This document shows, in pieces, positions 54,001 to 64,000 of a stretch of DNA of 64,000 bases (positions are counted from its first letter, which is position 1; each line of letters starts with the position of its first letter). The stretch spans positions 868,001-932,000 of the forward strand of contig NC_086097.1 of NCBI RefSeq assembly GCF_963921235.1, in the 5' to 3' direction. The stretch comes from Mobula hypostoma (lineage: Eukaryota). Made by a program: the position numbers and the translations under genes. The notes beneath the pieces were generated by a model that worked only from the letters and a program-made list of their open reading frames with translations, was not told where the DNA came from and made no database searches.

Positions 54001-57000
54001 CCCCCACACTACCCCTGACCCCATCACTCCCCACCCCCATACTGACCCCATCACTCCCCACCCCCCTCACTGACCCTGAACCCCATCACTCCCCACCCCC
54101 ATACTGACCCCATCACTCCCCAACCCCCACACTGCCCCTGAACCCCATCACTCCCCACCCCCATACTGACCCCATCACTCCCCACCCCCACACTGACCTC
54201 ATCACTCCCCAACCCCACACTGACCCTGAACACCATCACTCCCCACACCCACACTGACCCCATCACTCCCTGCCCCCATTCTGACCCTGAACCCCTCACT
54301 CCCCACTTTCACACTGACCCCATCACTCCCCACCCCCCACACTGACCCTGAACCCCATCACTCCCCACACCCACTCTGACCCCATCACTCCCCACCCCCA
54401 TTCTGACCCTGAACCCCTCACTCCCCAACCCCACACTGACCCTGAACCCCATCACTCCCCACATCCACACTGACCCCATCACTCCCCACCCCCACATTGA
54501 CCTCATCACTCCCCACCCCCATACTGACCCTGAACCCCATCACTCCCCACCCCCACACTGACGCTGAACCCCATCACTCCCCACCCCCATACTGACCCCA
54601 TCACTCCCCACACCCACACTGAACCCATCACTCCCCACCTCCATACTGACCCCATCACTCCCCAACCCCACAGTGACCCTGAACCCCATCACTCCCCACC
54701 CCCATACTGAACCCATCACTCCCCACCTCCATACTGACCCAACCTCATCACTCCCCAACCCCCAGTGACCCTGAACCCCATCACTCCCCACCCCCATACT
54801 GAACCCATCACTCCCCACCCCCATACTGACCCCATCACTCCCCACCCCCATACTGACCCCATCACTCCCCAACCCCACACTGACCCTGAACCCCATCACT
54901 CCCCACATCCACACTGACCCCATCACTCCCCACCCCCACATTGACCTCATCACTCCCCACCCCCATACTGACCCTGAACCCCATCACTCCCCACCCCCAC
55001 ACTGACCCTGAACCCCATCACTCCCCAACCCCACACTGCACCTGAACCCCATCACTCCCCACCCCCATACTGACCCCATCACTCCCCACATCCACACTGA
55101 CCCCATCATTCCCCACCCCCACATTGACCTCATCACTCCCCACCCCCATACTGACCTCATCACTCCCCAACCCCACACTGCACCTGAACCCCATCACTCC
55201 CCACCCCCATACTGACCCCATCACTCCCCAACCCCACACTGCCCCTGAACCCCATCACTCCCCACCCCCATACTGACCCCATCACTCCCCACACCCACAC
55301 TGATCCCATCACTCCCCACCCCCACACTGACCCTGAACCCCATCACTCCCCACACCCACACTGACCCCATCACTCCCTGCCCCCATTCTGACCCTGAACC
55401 CCTCACTCCCCACTTTCACACTGACCCCATCACTCCCCACCCCCCACACTGACCCTGAACCCCATCACTCCCCACACCCACTCTGACCCCATCACTCCCC
55501 ACCCCCATACTGACCCCATCACTCCCCAACCCCACACTGATCCTGAACCCCATCACTCCCCACACCCACACTGACGCTATCACTCCCCACCCCCACACTG
55601 ACCCCATCACTCCCCACCCCCATACTGACCCTGAACCCCATCACTCCCCAACCCACACTGCACTTGAACCCCAGCACTCCCCACCCCCATACTGACCCCA
55701 TCACGCCCCACCCCCATACTGAACCCATCACTCCCCACCTCCATACTGACCCCATCACTCCCCAACCCCACAGTGACCCTGAACCCCATCACTCCCCACC
55801 CCCATACTGAACCCATCACTCCCCACCTCCATACTGACCCCATCACTCCCCAACCCCACAGTGACCCTGAACCCCATCACTCCCCACCCCCATACTGAAC
55901 CCATCACTCCCCACCTCCATACTGACCCCATCACTCCCCACCCCCATACTGACCCCATCATTCCCCAACCCCACACTGACCCTGAACCCCATCACTTCCC
56001 ACATCCACACTGATCCCATCACTCCCCACCCCCACATTGACCTCATCACTCCCCACCCCCATACTGACCCTAAACTCCATCACTCCCCACCCCCACACTG
56101 ACCCTGAACCCCATCACACCCCAACCCACACTGCACTTGAACCCCATCACTCCCCACCCCCATACTGACCCCATCACTCCCCACCCCCCTCACTGACCCT
56201 GAACCCCATCACTCCCCACCCCCATACTGAACCATCACTCCCCACCTCCATACTGACCCCATAACTCCCCAACCCCACAGTGACCCTAAACCCCATCAAT
56301 CCCCACACCCACACTGACCCCATCACTCCCCACCCCCATAGAAACATAGAAAAGATAGAAAATAAGTGCAGGAGTAGGCCATTCGGCCCTTCGAGCCTGC
56401 ACTGCTATTTATTATGATCATGGCTGATCATCCAACTCAGAAACCTGCACCAGCCTTCCCTCCATACCCCCTGATCCCCATAGCCACAAGGGCCATATCT
56501 AACTCCCTCTTAAATATAGCCAATGAACTGGCCTCAACAGTTTCCTGTGGCAGAGAATTCCACAGATTCACCACTCTCTGTGTGAAGAAGTTTTTCCTAA
56601 TCTCGGTCCTAAAAGGCTTCCCCTTTATCCTCAAACTGTGACCCCTCGTTCTGGACTTCCCCAACATCGGGAACAATCTTCCTGTATCTAGCCTGTCCAA
56701 TCCCTTTAGGATTTTATACGTTTCAATCAGATCCCCCCTCAGTCTTCTAAATTCCAACGAGTACAAGCCCAGTTCATCCAGTCTTTCTTCATATGAAAGT
56801 CCTGCCATCCCAGGAATCAATCTGGTGAACCTTCTTTGCACTCCCTCTATGGCAAGGATGTCTTCCCTCAGATTAGGGGACCAAAACTGCACACAATACT
56901 CCAGGTGTGGTCTCACCAAGGCCTTGTACAACGGCAGTAGGACCTCCCTGCTCCTGTACTCGAATCCTCTCACTATAAATGCCAGCATACCATTCGCCTT

Positions 57001-59032
57001 TTTCACCGCCTGCTGTACCTGCATGCCCACTTTCAATGACTGGTGTATAATGACACCCAGGTCTCGTTGCACCTCCCCTTTTCCTAATCGGCCACCATTC
57101 AGATAATAATCTGTTTCCTTATTTTTGCCACCAAAGTGGATAACTTCACATTTATCCACATTAAATTGCATCTGCCATGAATTTGCCCACTCACCTAACC
57201 TATCCAAGTCACCCTGCATCCTCTTAGCATCCTCCTCACAGCTAACACTGCCGCCCAGCTTCGTGTCATCCGCAAACTTGGAGATGCTGCATTTAATTCC
57301 CTCATCCAAGTCATTAATATATATTGTAAACAACTGGTGTCCCAGCACTGAGCCTTGCGGTACCCCACTAGTCACCGCCTGCCATTCTGAAACGGTCCCG
57401 TTTATTCCCACTCTTTGCTTCCTGTCTGCTAACCAATTCTCTATCCACATCAATACCTTACCCCCAATACCGTGTGCTTTAAGTTTGCACACTAATCTCC
57501 TGTGTGGGACCTTGTCAAAAGCCTTTTGAAAATCCAAATATACCACATCCACTGGTTCTCCCCTATCCACTCTACTAGTTACATCCTCAAAAAATTCTCT
57601 GAGATTCGTCAGACATGATTTTCCTTTACTGACCCCATCACTCCCCACCCGCACACTGACCCTGAACCCCATCACTCCCCACACCCACACTGACCTCATC
57701 ACTCCCCAACCCCACACTGACCCTGAACCCCATCACTCCCCACACCCACACTGACCCCATCACTCCCCACCCCATACAGACCCCATCACTCCCCACACCC
57801 ACACTGACCTCATCACTCCCCAACCCCACACTGACCCTGAACCCCATCACTCCCCACACCCACACTGACCCCATCACTCCCTGCTCCCATTCTGACCCTG
57901 AACCTTATCACTCCCCACCCCTATACTGACCCCATCACTCCCCACCCCCACACTGACCCTGAACCCCATTACTACCCACCCCCATACTGACCCCATCACT
58001 CCCCAACCCCACACTGACCCTGAACCCCATCACTCCCCAACCCCACACTGACCCTGAACCCCATCACTCCCCACACCCACACTGACCCCATCACTCCCTG
58101 CTCCCATTCTGACCCTGAACCTTATCACTCCCCACCCCTATACTGACCCCATCACTCCCCACCCCCACACTGACCCTGAACCCCATCACTACCCAGCCCC
58201 ATACTGACCCCATCACTCCCCAACCCCACACTGACCCTGAACCCCATCACTCCCCACACCCACACTGACCCCATCACTCCCCACCCCCACACTGACCCTG
58301 AACCCCAACACTCTCGACCCCAATACTGTCCCCATCACTCCCCAAACCCAAAATGAACCTGAACCCCATCACTCCCCACTCCCACACTGACGCCATCACT
58401 CCCCACCCCCATACTGAACACATCACTCCCCGCTCCCATTCTGACCCTGAACTCCATCACTCCCCACCCCCACACTCACCCTGAACCCCATCACTCCCCA
58501 CCCCCACACTGACCCCATCACTCCCTGCTCCCATTCCGACCCTGAACCTTATCACTCCCCACCCCTATACTGACCCCATCACTCCCCACCCCCACACCGA
58601 CCCTGAACCCCATTACTACCCACCCCCATACTGACCCCATCACTCCCCAACCCCACACCGACCCTGAACCCCATCACTCCCCACACCCACACTGACCCCA
58701 TCACTCCCCACCCCCACACTGACCCTGAACCCCAACACTCCCCACCCCTATACTGACCCCATCTCTCCCCACCCCCACACCGACCCTGAACCCCATTACT
58801 ACCCACCCCCATACTAACCCCATCACTCCCCAACCCCACACTGACCCTGAACCCCATCACTCCCCACTCCCACACTGACACCATCACTCCCCACCCCCAT
58901 ACTGACCCCATCACTCCCCAACCCCACACTGACACTGAACCCCATCACTCCCCACACCCACACTGACCCCATCACACCCCGCTCCCATTCTGACCCTGAA
59001 CCCCGTCACTCCCCACCCCCACACTGACCCTG
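51050..59032. repeat. Satellite B: ~8 kb C-rich array of 27- and 34-bp units, interrupted by a CR1
   Basis: Units ca(c/t)actgaccccatcactccccacccc (27) and cacactgaccctgaaccccatcactccccacccc (34). The 9-aa periodic translations (MGVGSDGVS) confirm the 27-bp period. Confidence 0.97.
56337..57628 (-). mobile_element. Young 5'-truncated CR1 LINE with an open RT/C-terminal frame and complete 3' UTR/tail
   Basis: Uninterrupted frame from KGKSCLTNL through YLDFQKAFDKVPH, GVPQGSVLG and SKFADDTKL to the stop at 56437. The tail catagaaacatagaaaagatagaa starts at 56337. Confidence 0.96.
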
Positions 59033-59462
59033 ATCTGGTACAGTCCTGGTTCGCCAGACTTGAATGCTGCAGATCTAGTCTTCAGCAGATGACGTACCTC
59101 CTGGTTCATCCACAGCTTTTGGTTTGGGAATGTACAGCAAGTCTCTGTAGGCACACACTCATCCAAACAGGTTCTAATGAAGTTGGTAACAACTGCAGCA
59201 TACTCATCCAGGTTCAAAGATGAATACAATCCAGTCCACCGATTCAAAGCAATCCTGTTTGCGCTCCTGTGCTTCCCTTGTCCAAACCTTCTTGGTCCTC
59301 ACTACTGGTGCTGCAGTCTTCAGTCTCTGCCTATACTCAGGGAGTAGAAGTACAGCCAGGTGATCAGACTTCCCGAAGTGAGGGCGTGGAATAGCACTGT
59401 AGGCATTCCTGATGGTGGTGTAGCAATGGTCCAGTGTGTTGTTACCTCTGGGATTGCAAGTG
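59030..59462 (-). mobile_element. Rex1/Babar-like LINE fragment (endonuclease C-terminus and linker)
   Basis: Minus strand NTLDHCYTTIRNAYSAIPRPHFGKSDHLAVLLLPEYRQRLK (SDH motif), then LDEYAAVVTNFIRTCLDECVP...FPNQKLWMNQEVRHLLKTRSAAFKSG. Confidence 0.85.
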
Positions 59463-60547
59463 ATCTGTTGATGGAATATATCCCTATACAGCTATTGATT
59501 AATAGAATTCAATACAGCTATCAATCAATAGCATCCTATACAGCAATCGATCAGTAGAATTGCATAGTTATCATTGTGTACAGATATCGGCTAATAGAAT
59601 TCTGTATTGCAATCCATGAGTAGAATCTTATATGGTTATCGATCAATACAATCCTATACCGCAATCTATCAATAGATACCTATTGATCAATCTACAGAAT
59701 TGAATGCAGTCATGGTCAGTACAATCCCACACAGTTATCGATCAATATAATTCTATACAGCAAACAATTAAAAGAATCGCATACAGCTATCGATCAATAT
59801 AATCCTATACAGCTATCACTCAGCAATCGATCAATAGAATCCTTAACAGCTATCGATCAATAGAACCTTATACTACAATCAATCAAGAGAATCCTATCAA
59901 ATATTCAATCTATACAGCTATCGATGAATAGAATCCTTTGCAGCAATTGATCAGTACAATCATATACAACTAATGATCAACAGAATCCTATATAGCTATT
60001 GAGCAAAAGAATCCTATACAGCAATTAATCAATAGAATCCTAAACAACTATTGATCAATACAATCCTATACAGCAATCAATCAGTACAATCCTATGCAGC
60101 TATCAATTAATAGAAACATACACCGATATTGACCAATAGGATCCTATACTATTAATGATCAATAGGATTCTATACAGCTATCAATCAATAGAAACCTATA
60201 CAGCAATTGATCAGTGGAATTCTATGCAACTATTGTTCAATAGAAGGCTACACTGCGATAGATCATTAGAATCCTATGCAGCTATCGAACAGTACAATCC
60301 TATACAGCTACCGATCAATAGAATACTATATAGGAATTGACCAGTGGGATCCTATAGTGATATTGATAAATAGAATCGTGTGATTAATATGCAGCTATCA
60401 ATCAGTACAATCCTACACAGCTATTGATCAATAGAATCATATACATCCAATGATTGGTAGAATCCTATCCAGCTATTGTTCAATAGAATCCTATACAGGT
60501 ATCGATCAAGAGAATCCTGGACAGCTATCATTCAAAAGAATACCATA

Positions 60548-60835
60548 AACACAAAATACTGTGCAGATGCTGGGGTCAAAGCAACACTCACAACACGCTG
60601 GAGGAACTCAGCAGGTTGGGCAGCATCCGTGGAAAAGATCGGTCGATGTTTCGGGCCGGAACCCTTCATCAGGACTGTAGAGGAAAGGGGCAGAGACCCT
60701 ATAAGGAAGACAGGGGGAGGGTGGGAAGGAGAAGGCTGGTAGGTTCCTGGTGAAAAACAGCAGGTCAGGCAGCATCCGTGGAAAAGATCGGTCGACGTTT
60801 CGGGCTGGAATTCCTCCAGTGTCTTGTGAGTGTTG
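60548..60835 (-). mobile_element. Short Penelope-like insertion with 15-bp target-site duplication
   Basis: Homologous to the 9383-9520 terminal repeat. It is flanked by caaaagaataccata at 60533-60547 and 60836-60850. Confidence 0.88.
60640..60677 (-). ncRNA. Minimal type I hammerhead ribozyme motif (Penelope-associated)
   Basis: Minus strand CAGUC-CUGAUGA-A-GGGU(UCCG)GCCC-GAAA-CA-UC-GACCG has intact CUGAUGA and GAAA cores, a stem II hairpin, and stem I with one mismatch. Confidence 0.75.
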
Positions 60836-61009
60836 CAAAAGAATACCATACAGTAATCAATCAATAGAATCTGATACAGCTATCAATCAACAGGTCCCTG
60901 TTCGGCTACCATTCAAAATAATCCTCTACGACTATCAATCAATGGAATCCTATTCACCAATTGATCAATAGAATCCTATGCAGCTATCAATCAATGGAAT
61001 CCAATACAG

Positions 61010-61078
61010 CACAGGTTCCCAACCTGTGATCGATGGACCCCTACATAATGGTGTTGGTCAATGGCTTAATAAAGATTG
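61010..61078. mobile_element. Degenerate hAT/Charlie-like MITE
   Basis: Starts cacaggttcccaacctg; the right terminus is eroded. Similar to 61579-61629. Confidence 0.5.
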
Positions 61079-61578
61079 CCTTACAGCTATCGATCAGTAG
61101 AATCTTATACAGCATCAATCAATAAAATCCTTTACTGCTATTGATCAATAGAATCCTAAACAGGTATCGACCAATGGAATTGCCTGCAGCAACTGATCTA
61201 TGGAATCCTTTGCCACTATCATCCAGAAGAATCCTCCACATCTATCATTCATTAGAATCCTATACAGTTGTCGGTCAACAGAACCCTATACAGATATCGA
61301 TCAATGGAATCATGTACGGCTATTGATCAAAAGAAACCTATACAATTAATGCTCAATATTATCCTATACAACAAACAAGCAATGGAATCCTACACAGCTA
61401 TCAATCATAGAATCCTACACAGCTATCAAGCAATGGAATCCTTTTCAGCAATTGATTAAAAGTATCCTATACAGCAAATGATCAATAGAATCCTATCCAG
61501 CTATTGTTCAATAGAATCATGTACAGCTGCCGATCAACACAAACCTATGCAGTTATTGATCAATGGAACCCTATACTG

Positions 61579-61629
61579 TAGGGGTTCCCAGCCTGGGGTC
61601 CATAGCACAAAGAAGGTTGGGAATCCCTG
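61579..61629. mobile_element. 51-bp hAT/Charlie-like MITE
   Basis: Imperfect 16-bp TIRs taggggttcccagcct / aggttgggaatccctg, with flanking 8-mers ctatactg / ttatacag (degenerate TSD). Confidence 0.7.
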
Positions 61630-61759
61630 TTATACAGGTGTCAATCTGTTTTTCGACAGGAATCATTGATTGGAGTATTGCGCAGGTGCAACAGATACGT
61701 TCACTCAAGTCTGACAAAGGTTTTTGACGGGAATCCCAGTCTCTGTAAAAGAAAGGTAC

Positions 61760-63145
61760 CGCCTAGTGGAGAAGTCATCATGGGAGCAGTTGGCGTTGGA
61801 GCAGTCTGAGGCAGAGTAGTAAGGCTTTGGCAAGACCAGTGGCGGCAAGGCAAGTAGGTAAGTTCGTTCCTTATATTTTAGAGGATATGTCTACAAAGCA
61901 AGTGTTCTGTTCTGGGTGTCAGATGTGGGACTTCCATGAGACTACAGCCTCCCTGATGGCCGCACCTGTGCCAGGTGCATCGAGGTGCAGCTCCTTAGAG
62001 ACCGAGTTAGGGAACTGGAGCTGCAGCTCGATGACCTTCGGCTTGTTAGCGAAGGTGAGGCAGCGATAGACAGGATCTACAGGGAGTTAGTCACCCAAGA
62101 CTACAGGAGACAGATAAATGGGTGACCGTCAGGGGAGGGAAGGGGGAACATCAGATAGCGGAGAGCACCCCTGTGGTCATCCCCATCAGTAATAAATACT
62201 CCATTTTGGGTAATGTTGGTGAGATGACCTACCTGGAGGAAGCAACAGCAGTCGTACTTCTGGCACAGAGTCTGACCATATGGATCAGAAGGGTAGGCAT
62301 CTGAAGTAATAATAGTAATAGTAATAACTGTCAAGTGTGGGCACGTGGCCAAGTAGTTAAGGCATTGGACTAAAGGTCGTGAGTTCGAGCCCCAGCTGAG
62401 GGAACGTGTTGTGTCCTTGACCAAGGCACTTTATCACACATTGCTCTGTGACGACGCTGGTGCCAAACTGTATGGGTCCTAATGCCCTTCCCTTAGACAA
62501 CATCAGTGTTGTGGAGAGGGGAGACTCACAGCATGGGCAACTGCCGGTCTTCCATACAACCTTGCCCAGGCCTGCGCCCTGGAGAGTGAAGGCTTTCCAG
62601 GCGCAGATCCATGGTCTCGCAAGACTAATGGAAGTCTTTACAAATAACTGTCAGCAGTAATAGGGAACTCTATAGTCATGGGGGACAGATAGGCACGAAT
62701 GGGAGTTTGCCTCCCAGGTGCCAGGGTCCAAGAAGTTTCTGGACATATCCACAATATCCTGAAAAGGGAGGGTGAGCAGCCAGAGGCTGTGGTACATATT
62801 GGCACCAACGACATAGGAAGAAAAAAGGAGGAGATCCTGAAGAAAGAACATAGGGAGTTAGGAAGGAAGCGGAAAAGCAGGACTTCAAAGGTAGTAATCT
62901 CAGGATTGCTGCCTGTGCCACCCAACAGTGAGGATAGGAATAGAATGAGATGGAGGATAAATGCGTGGCTGAAGAATTGGTGCAGGGGGCAGGGATTCAG
63001 ATTTCTGGATCATTGGAACCTCTTCTGGGGAAGGTGGGACCTGTACAAAAGGGATGGGTTGGACTTGAATCCAAAGCGAACAGATTTACTAGAGCTGTTG
63101 GGAGTGGTTTAAACTAACATGGCAGGGAAATGGGAACCAGGATGA
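61760..63145 (+). mobile_element. CR1 5' region and ORF1 (Zn finger/coiled coil plus SGNH esterase), frameshifted and interrupted by a SINE
   Basis: CSGCQMW..CARCIEVQLLRDRVRELELQLDDLR, then IPISNKYSIL, VIGNSIV, CLPGARV..VVHIGTNDIG..VVISGLLPVP..LYKRDGLDLN, ending ggtttaaactaa like the copy at ~1020. Confidence 0.9.
62334..62642 (+). mobile_element. Full-length tRNA-derived SINE with Pol III boxes and 11-bp TSD
   Basis: A box TGGCCAAGTAG (62346-62356), B box GTTCGAGCC (62383-62391), CORE-like gtgtccttgaccaaggcacttta, and aataactgtca duplicated at 62323-62333 and 62643-62653. Confidence 0.88.
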
Positions 63146-63149
63146 TATA

Positions 63150-63757
63150 TTAATGTGGTAAATTGGATCAGCAAATTTGCAGATGATACAAAGGTTGGAG
63201 GTGTAGTGGACAGTGAGGAAGGTTTTCAAAGCTTGCAGAGGGATTTGGACCAGCTGGAAAAATGGGCTGAAAAATGGCAGATGGAGTTTAACACAGACAA
63301 GTGTGAGGTATTGCACTTTGGAAGGACAAACCAAGGTAGAACATACAGGGTAAATGGTAAGGCACTGAGGAGTGCAGTAGAACAGAGGGATCTGGGAATA
63401 CAGGTACAAAATTCCCTAAACGTGGCATCACAGGTAGACAGGGTCGTAAAGAGAGCTTTTGGTACATTGGCCTTTATTAATCAAAGTATTGAGTATAAGA
63501 GTTGGAATGTAATGGTGAGGTTGTATAAGGCATTGGTGAGGCCAGATTTGGAGTATCGTGTGCAGATTTGGTCACCAAATTACAGGAAGGATATTAATAA
63601 GGTTGAAAGAGTGCAGAGAAGGTTTACAAGGATGTTGCCGGGACTTGAGAAACTCAGTTACAGAGAAAGGTTGAACAGGTTAGGACTTTATTCCCTGGAG
63701 CGTAGAAGAATGAGGGGAGATTTAATAGAAGTATATGAAATTATGATAGGTATAGAT
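63150..63757 (+). mobile_element. CR1 ORF2 RT C-terminal fragment, open frame
   Basis: ISKFADDTKVGG..LQRDLDQLEKWAEKWQMEFNTDKC..LYKALVRPDLEY..RFTRMLPGL..GDLIEVYEIM. Confidence 0.92.
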
Positions 63758-64000
63758 AGAAACCATAGAAAAACTACAGCACAGAAACAGGCCTTTTGGC
63801 CCTTCTTGGCTGTGCCGAACTATTTTCTGCCTAGTCCCACTGACCTGCACACGGACCACATCCCTCCATACACCTCCCATCCATGTATCTGTCCAATTTA
63901 TTCTTAAATGTTAAAAAAGAACCCGCATTTACCGCCTCGTCTGGCAGCTCATTCCATACTCCCACCACTCTCTGTGTGAAGAAGCTCCCGCTAATGTTCC
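63754..64000 (-). mobile_element. 3' end of another CR1, opposite orientation, running off the window
   Basis: Tail atagaaaccatagaaaaactacagcacagaaacaggcc, then cactctctgtgtgaagaag (FFTQRVV on the minus strand) as at 56570-56590. Confidence 0.88.

Larger units (their letters stand above)
59465..61578. repeat. Satellite C: degenerate 26-bp AT-rich minisatellite
   Basis: Consensus by eye gatcaatagaatcctatacagctatc; for example, atacagctatc recurs at 59781 and 59807. Confidence 0.92.

Noticed and set aside
56437..57717. 426-aa satellite-RT fusion protein as a domesticated gene
   Set aside because: The N-terminal ~30 aa is chance in-frame satellite sequence with a non-ATG start, and the RT is 5'-truncated.
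15364..58935. Pro/Thr/His-rich (mucin- or extensin-like) and Gly/Val/Trp-rich ORFs in the satellites
   Set aside because: Mixed 20/26/27/34-bp units shift frame constantly and TGA occurs in nearly every unit. These are translation artefacts.
10270..59462. Single Rex1 element split by the whole satellite block
   Set aside because: Both pieces are on the minus strand and in the right order, but the RT core is missing and unrelated sequence (10570-11135) intervenes. Independent copies are more parsimonious.
62340..62400. tRNA gene
   Set aside because: It has A/B boxes but no complete cloverleaf, and it continues into a SINE body flanked by a TSD.
63155..63907. 250-aa ORF as a host gene
   Set aside because: It is a CR1 RT fragment reading through into an antisense CR1 tail.

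Overview
Repeat-dominated vertebrate genomic DNA, probably from a cartilaginous fish (shark or ray). This is inferred from the mix of CR1 LINEs with SGNH-esterase ORF1, HE1/V-SINE-like, Penelope and Rex1/Babar elements. One host gene is supported: a ZDHHC22-like DHHC palmitoyltransferase whose whole CDS (2478-3257, 259 aa) lies in one exon, preceded by a splice acceptor and a two-codon uORF. The rest of 1-11.1 kb is nested, decayed retroelements (CR1, RTE, Penelope, Rex1/Babar, SINE) plus short tandem expansions (42 bp x17, 90 bp x3). About 48 kb (11.1-59.0 kb) is a C-rich, strand-skewed satellite block with two related families: A (20/26/27-bp units, ~40 kb, higher-order duplications of ~1.4-6 kb) and B (27/34-bp units, ~8 kb, with a young CR1 insertion). 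The right end has a 26-bp AT-rich minisatellite with Penelope and hAT-MITE insertions, a CR1 ORF1 interrupted by a tRNA-derived SINE, and CR1 RT fragments. I found no convincing new protein-coding system. The best leads are non-coding: Penelope hammerhead ribozyme motifs, dense nuclear-receptor half-site/DR0 arrays and G4 potential in the satellites, the satellite's layered history, and the uORF and intronless CDS of ZDHHC22. All family assignments come from motif recognition; no database search was run, and element boundaries are approximate.
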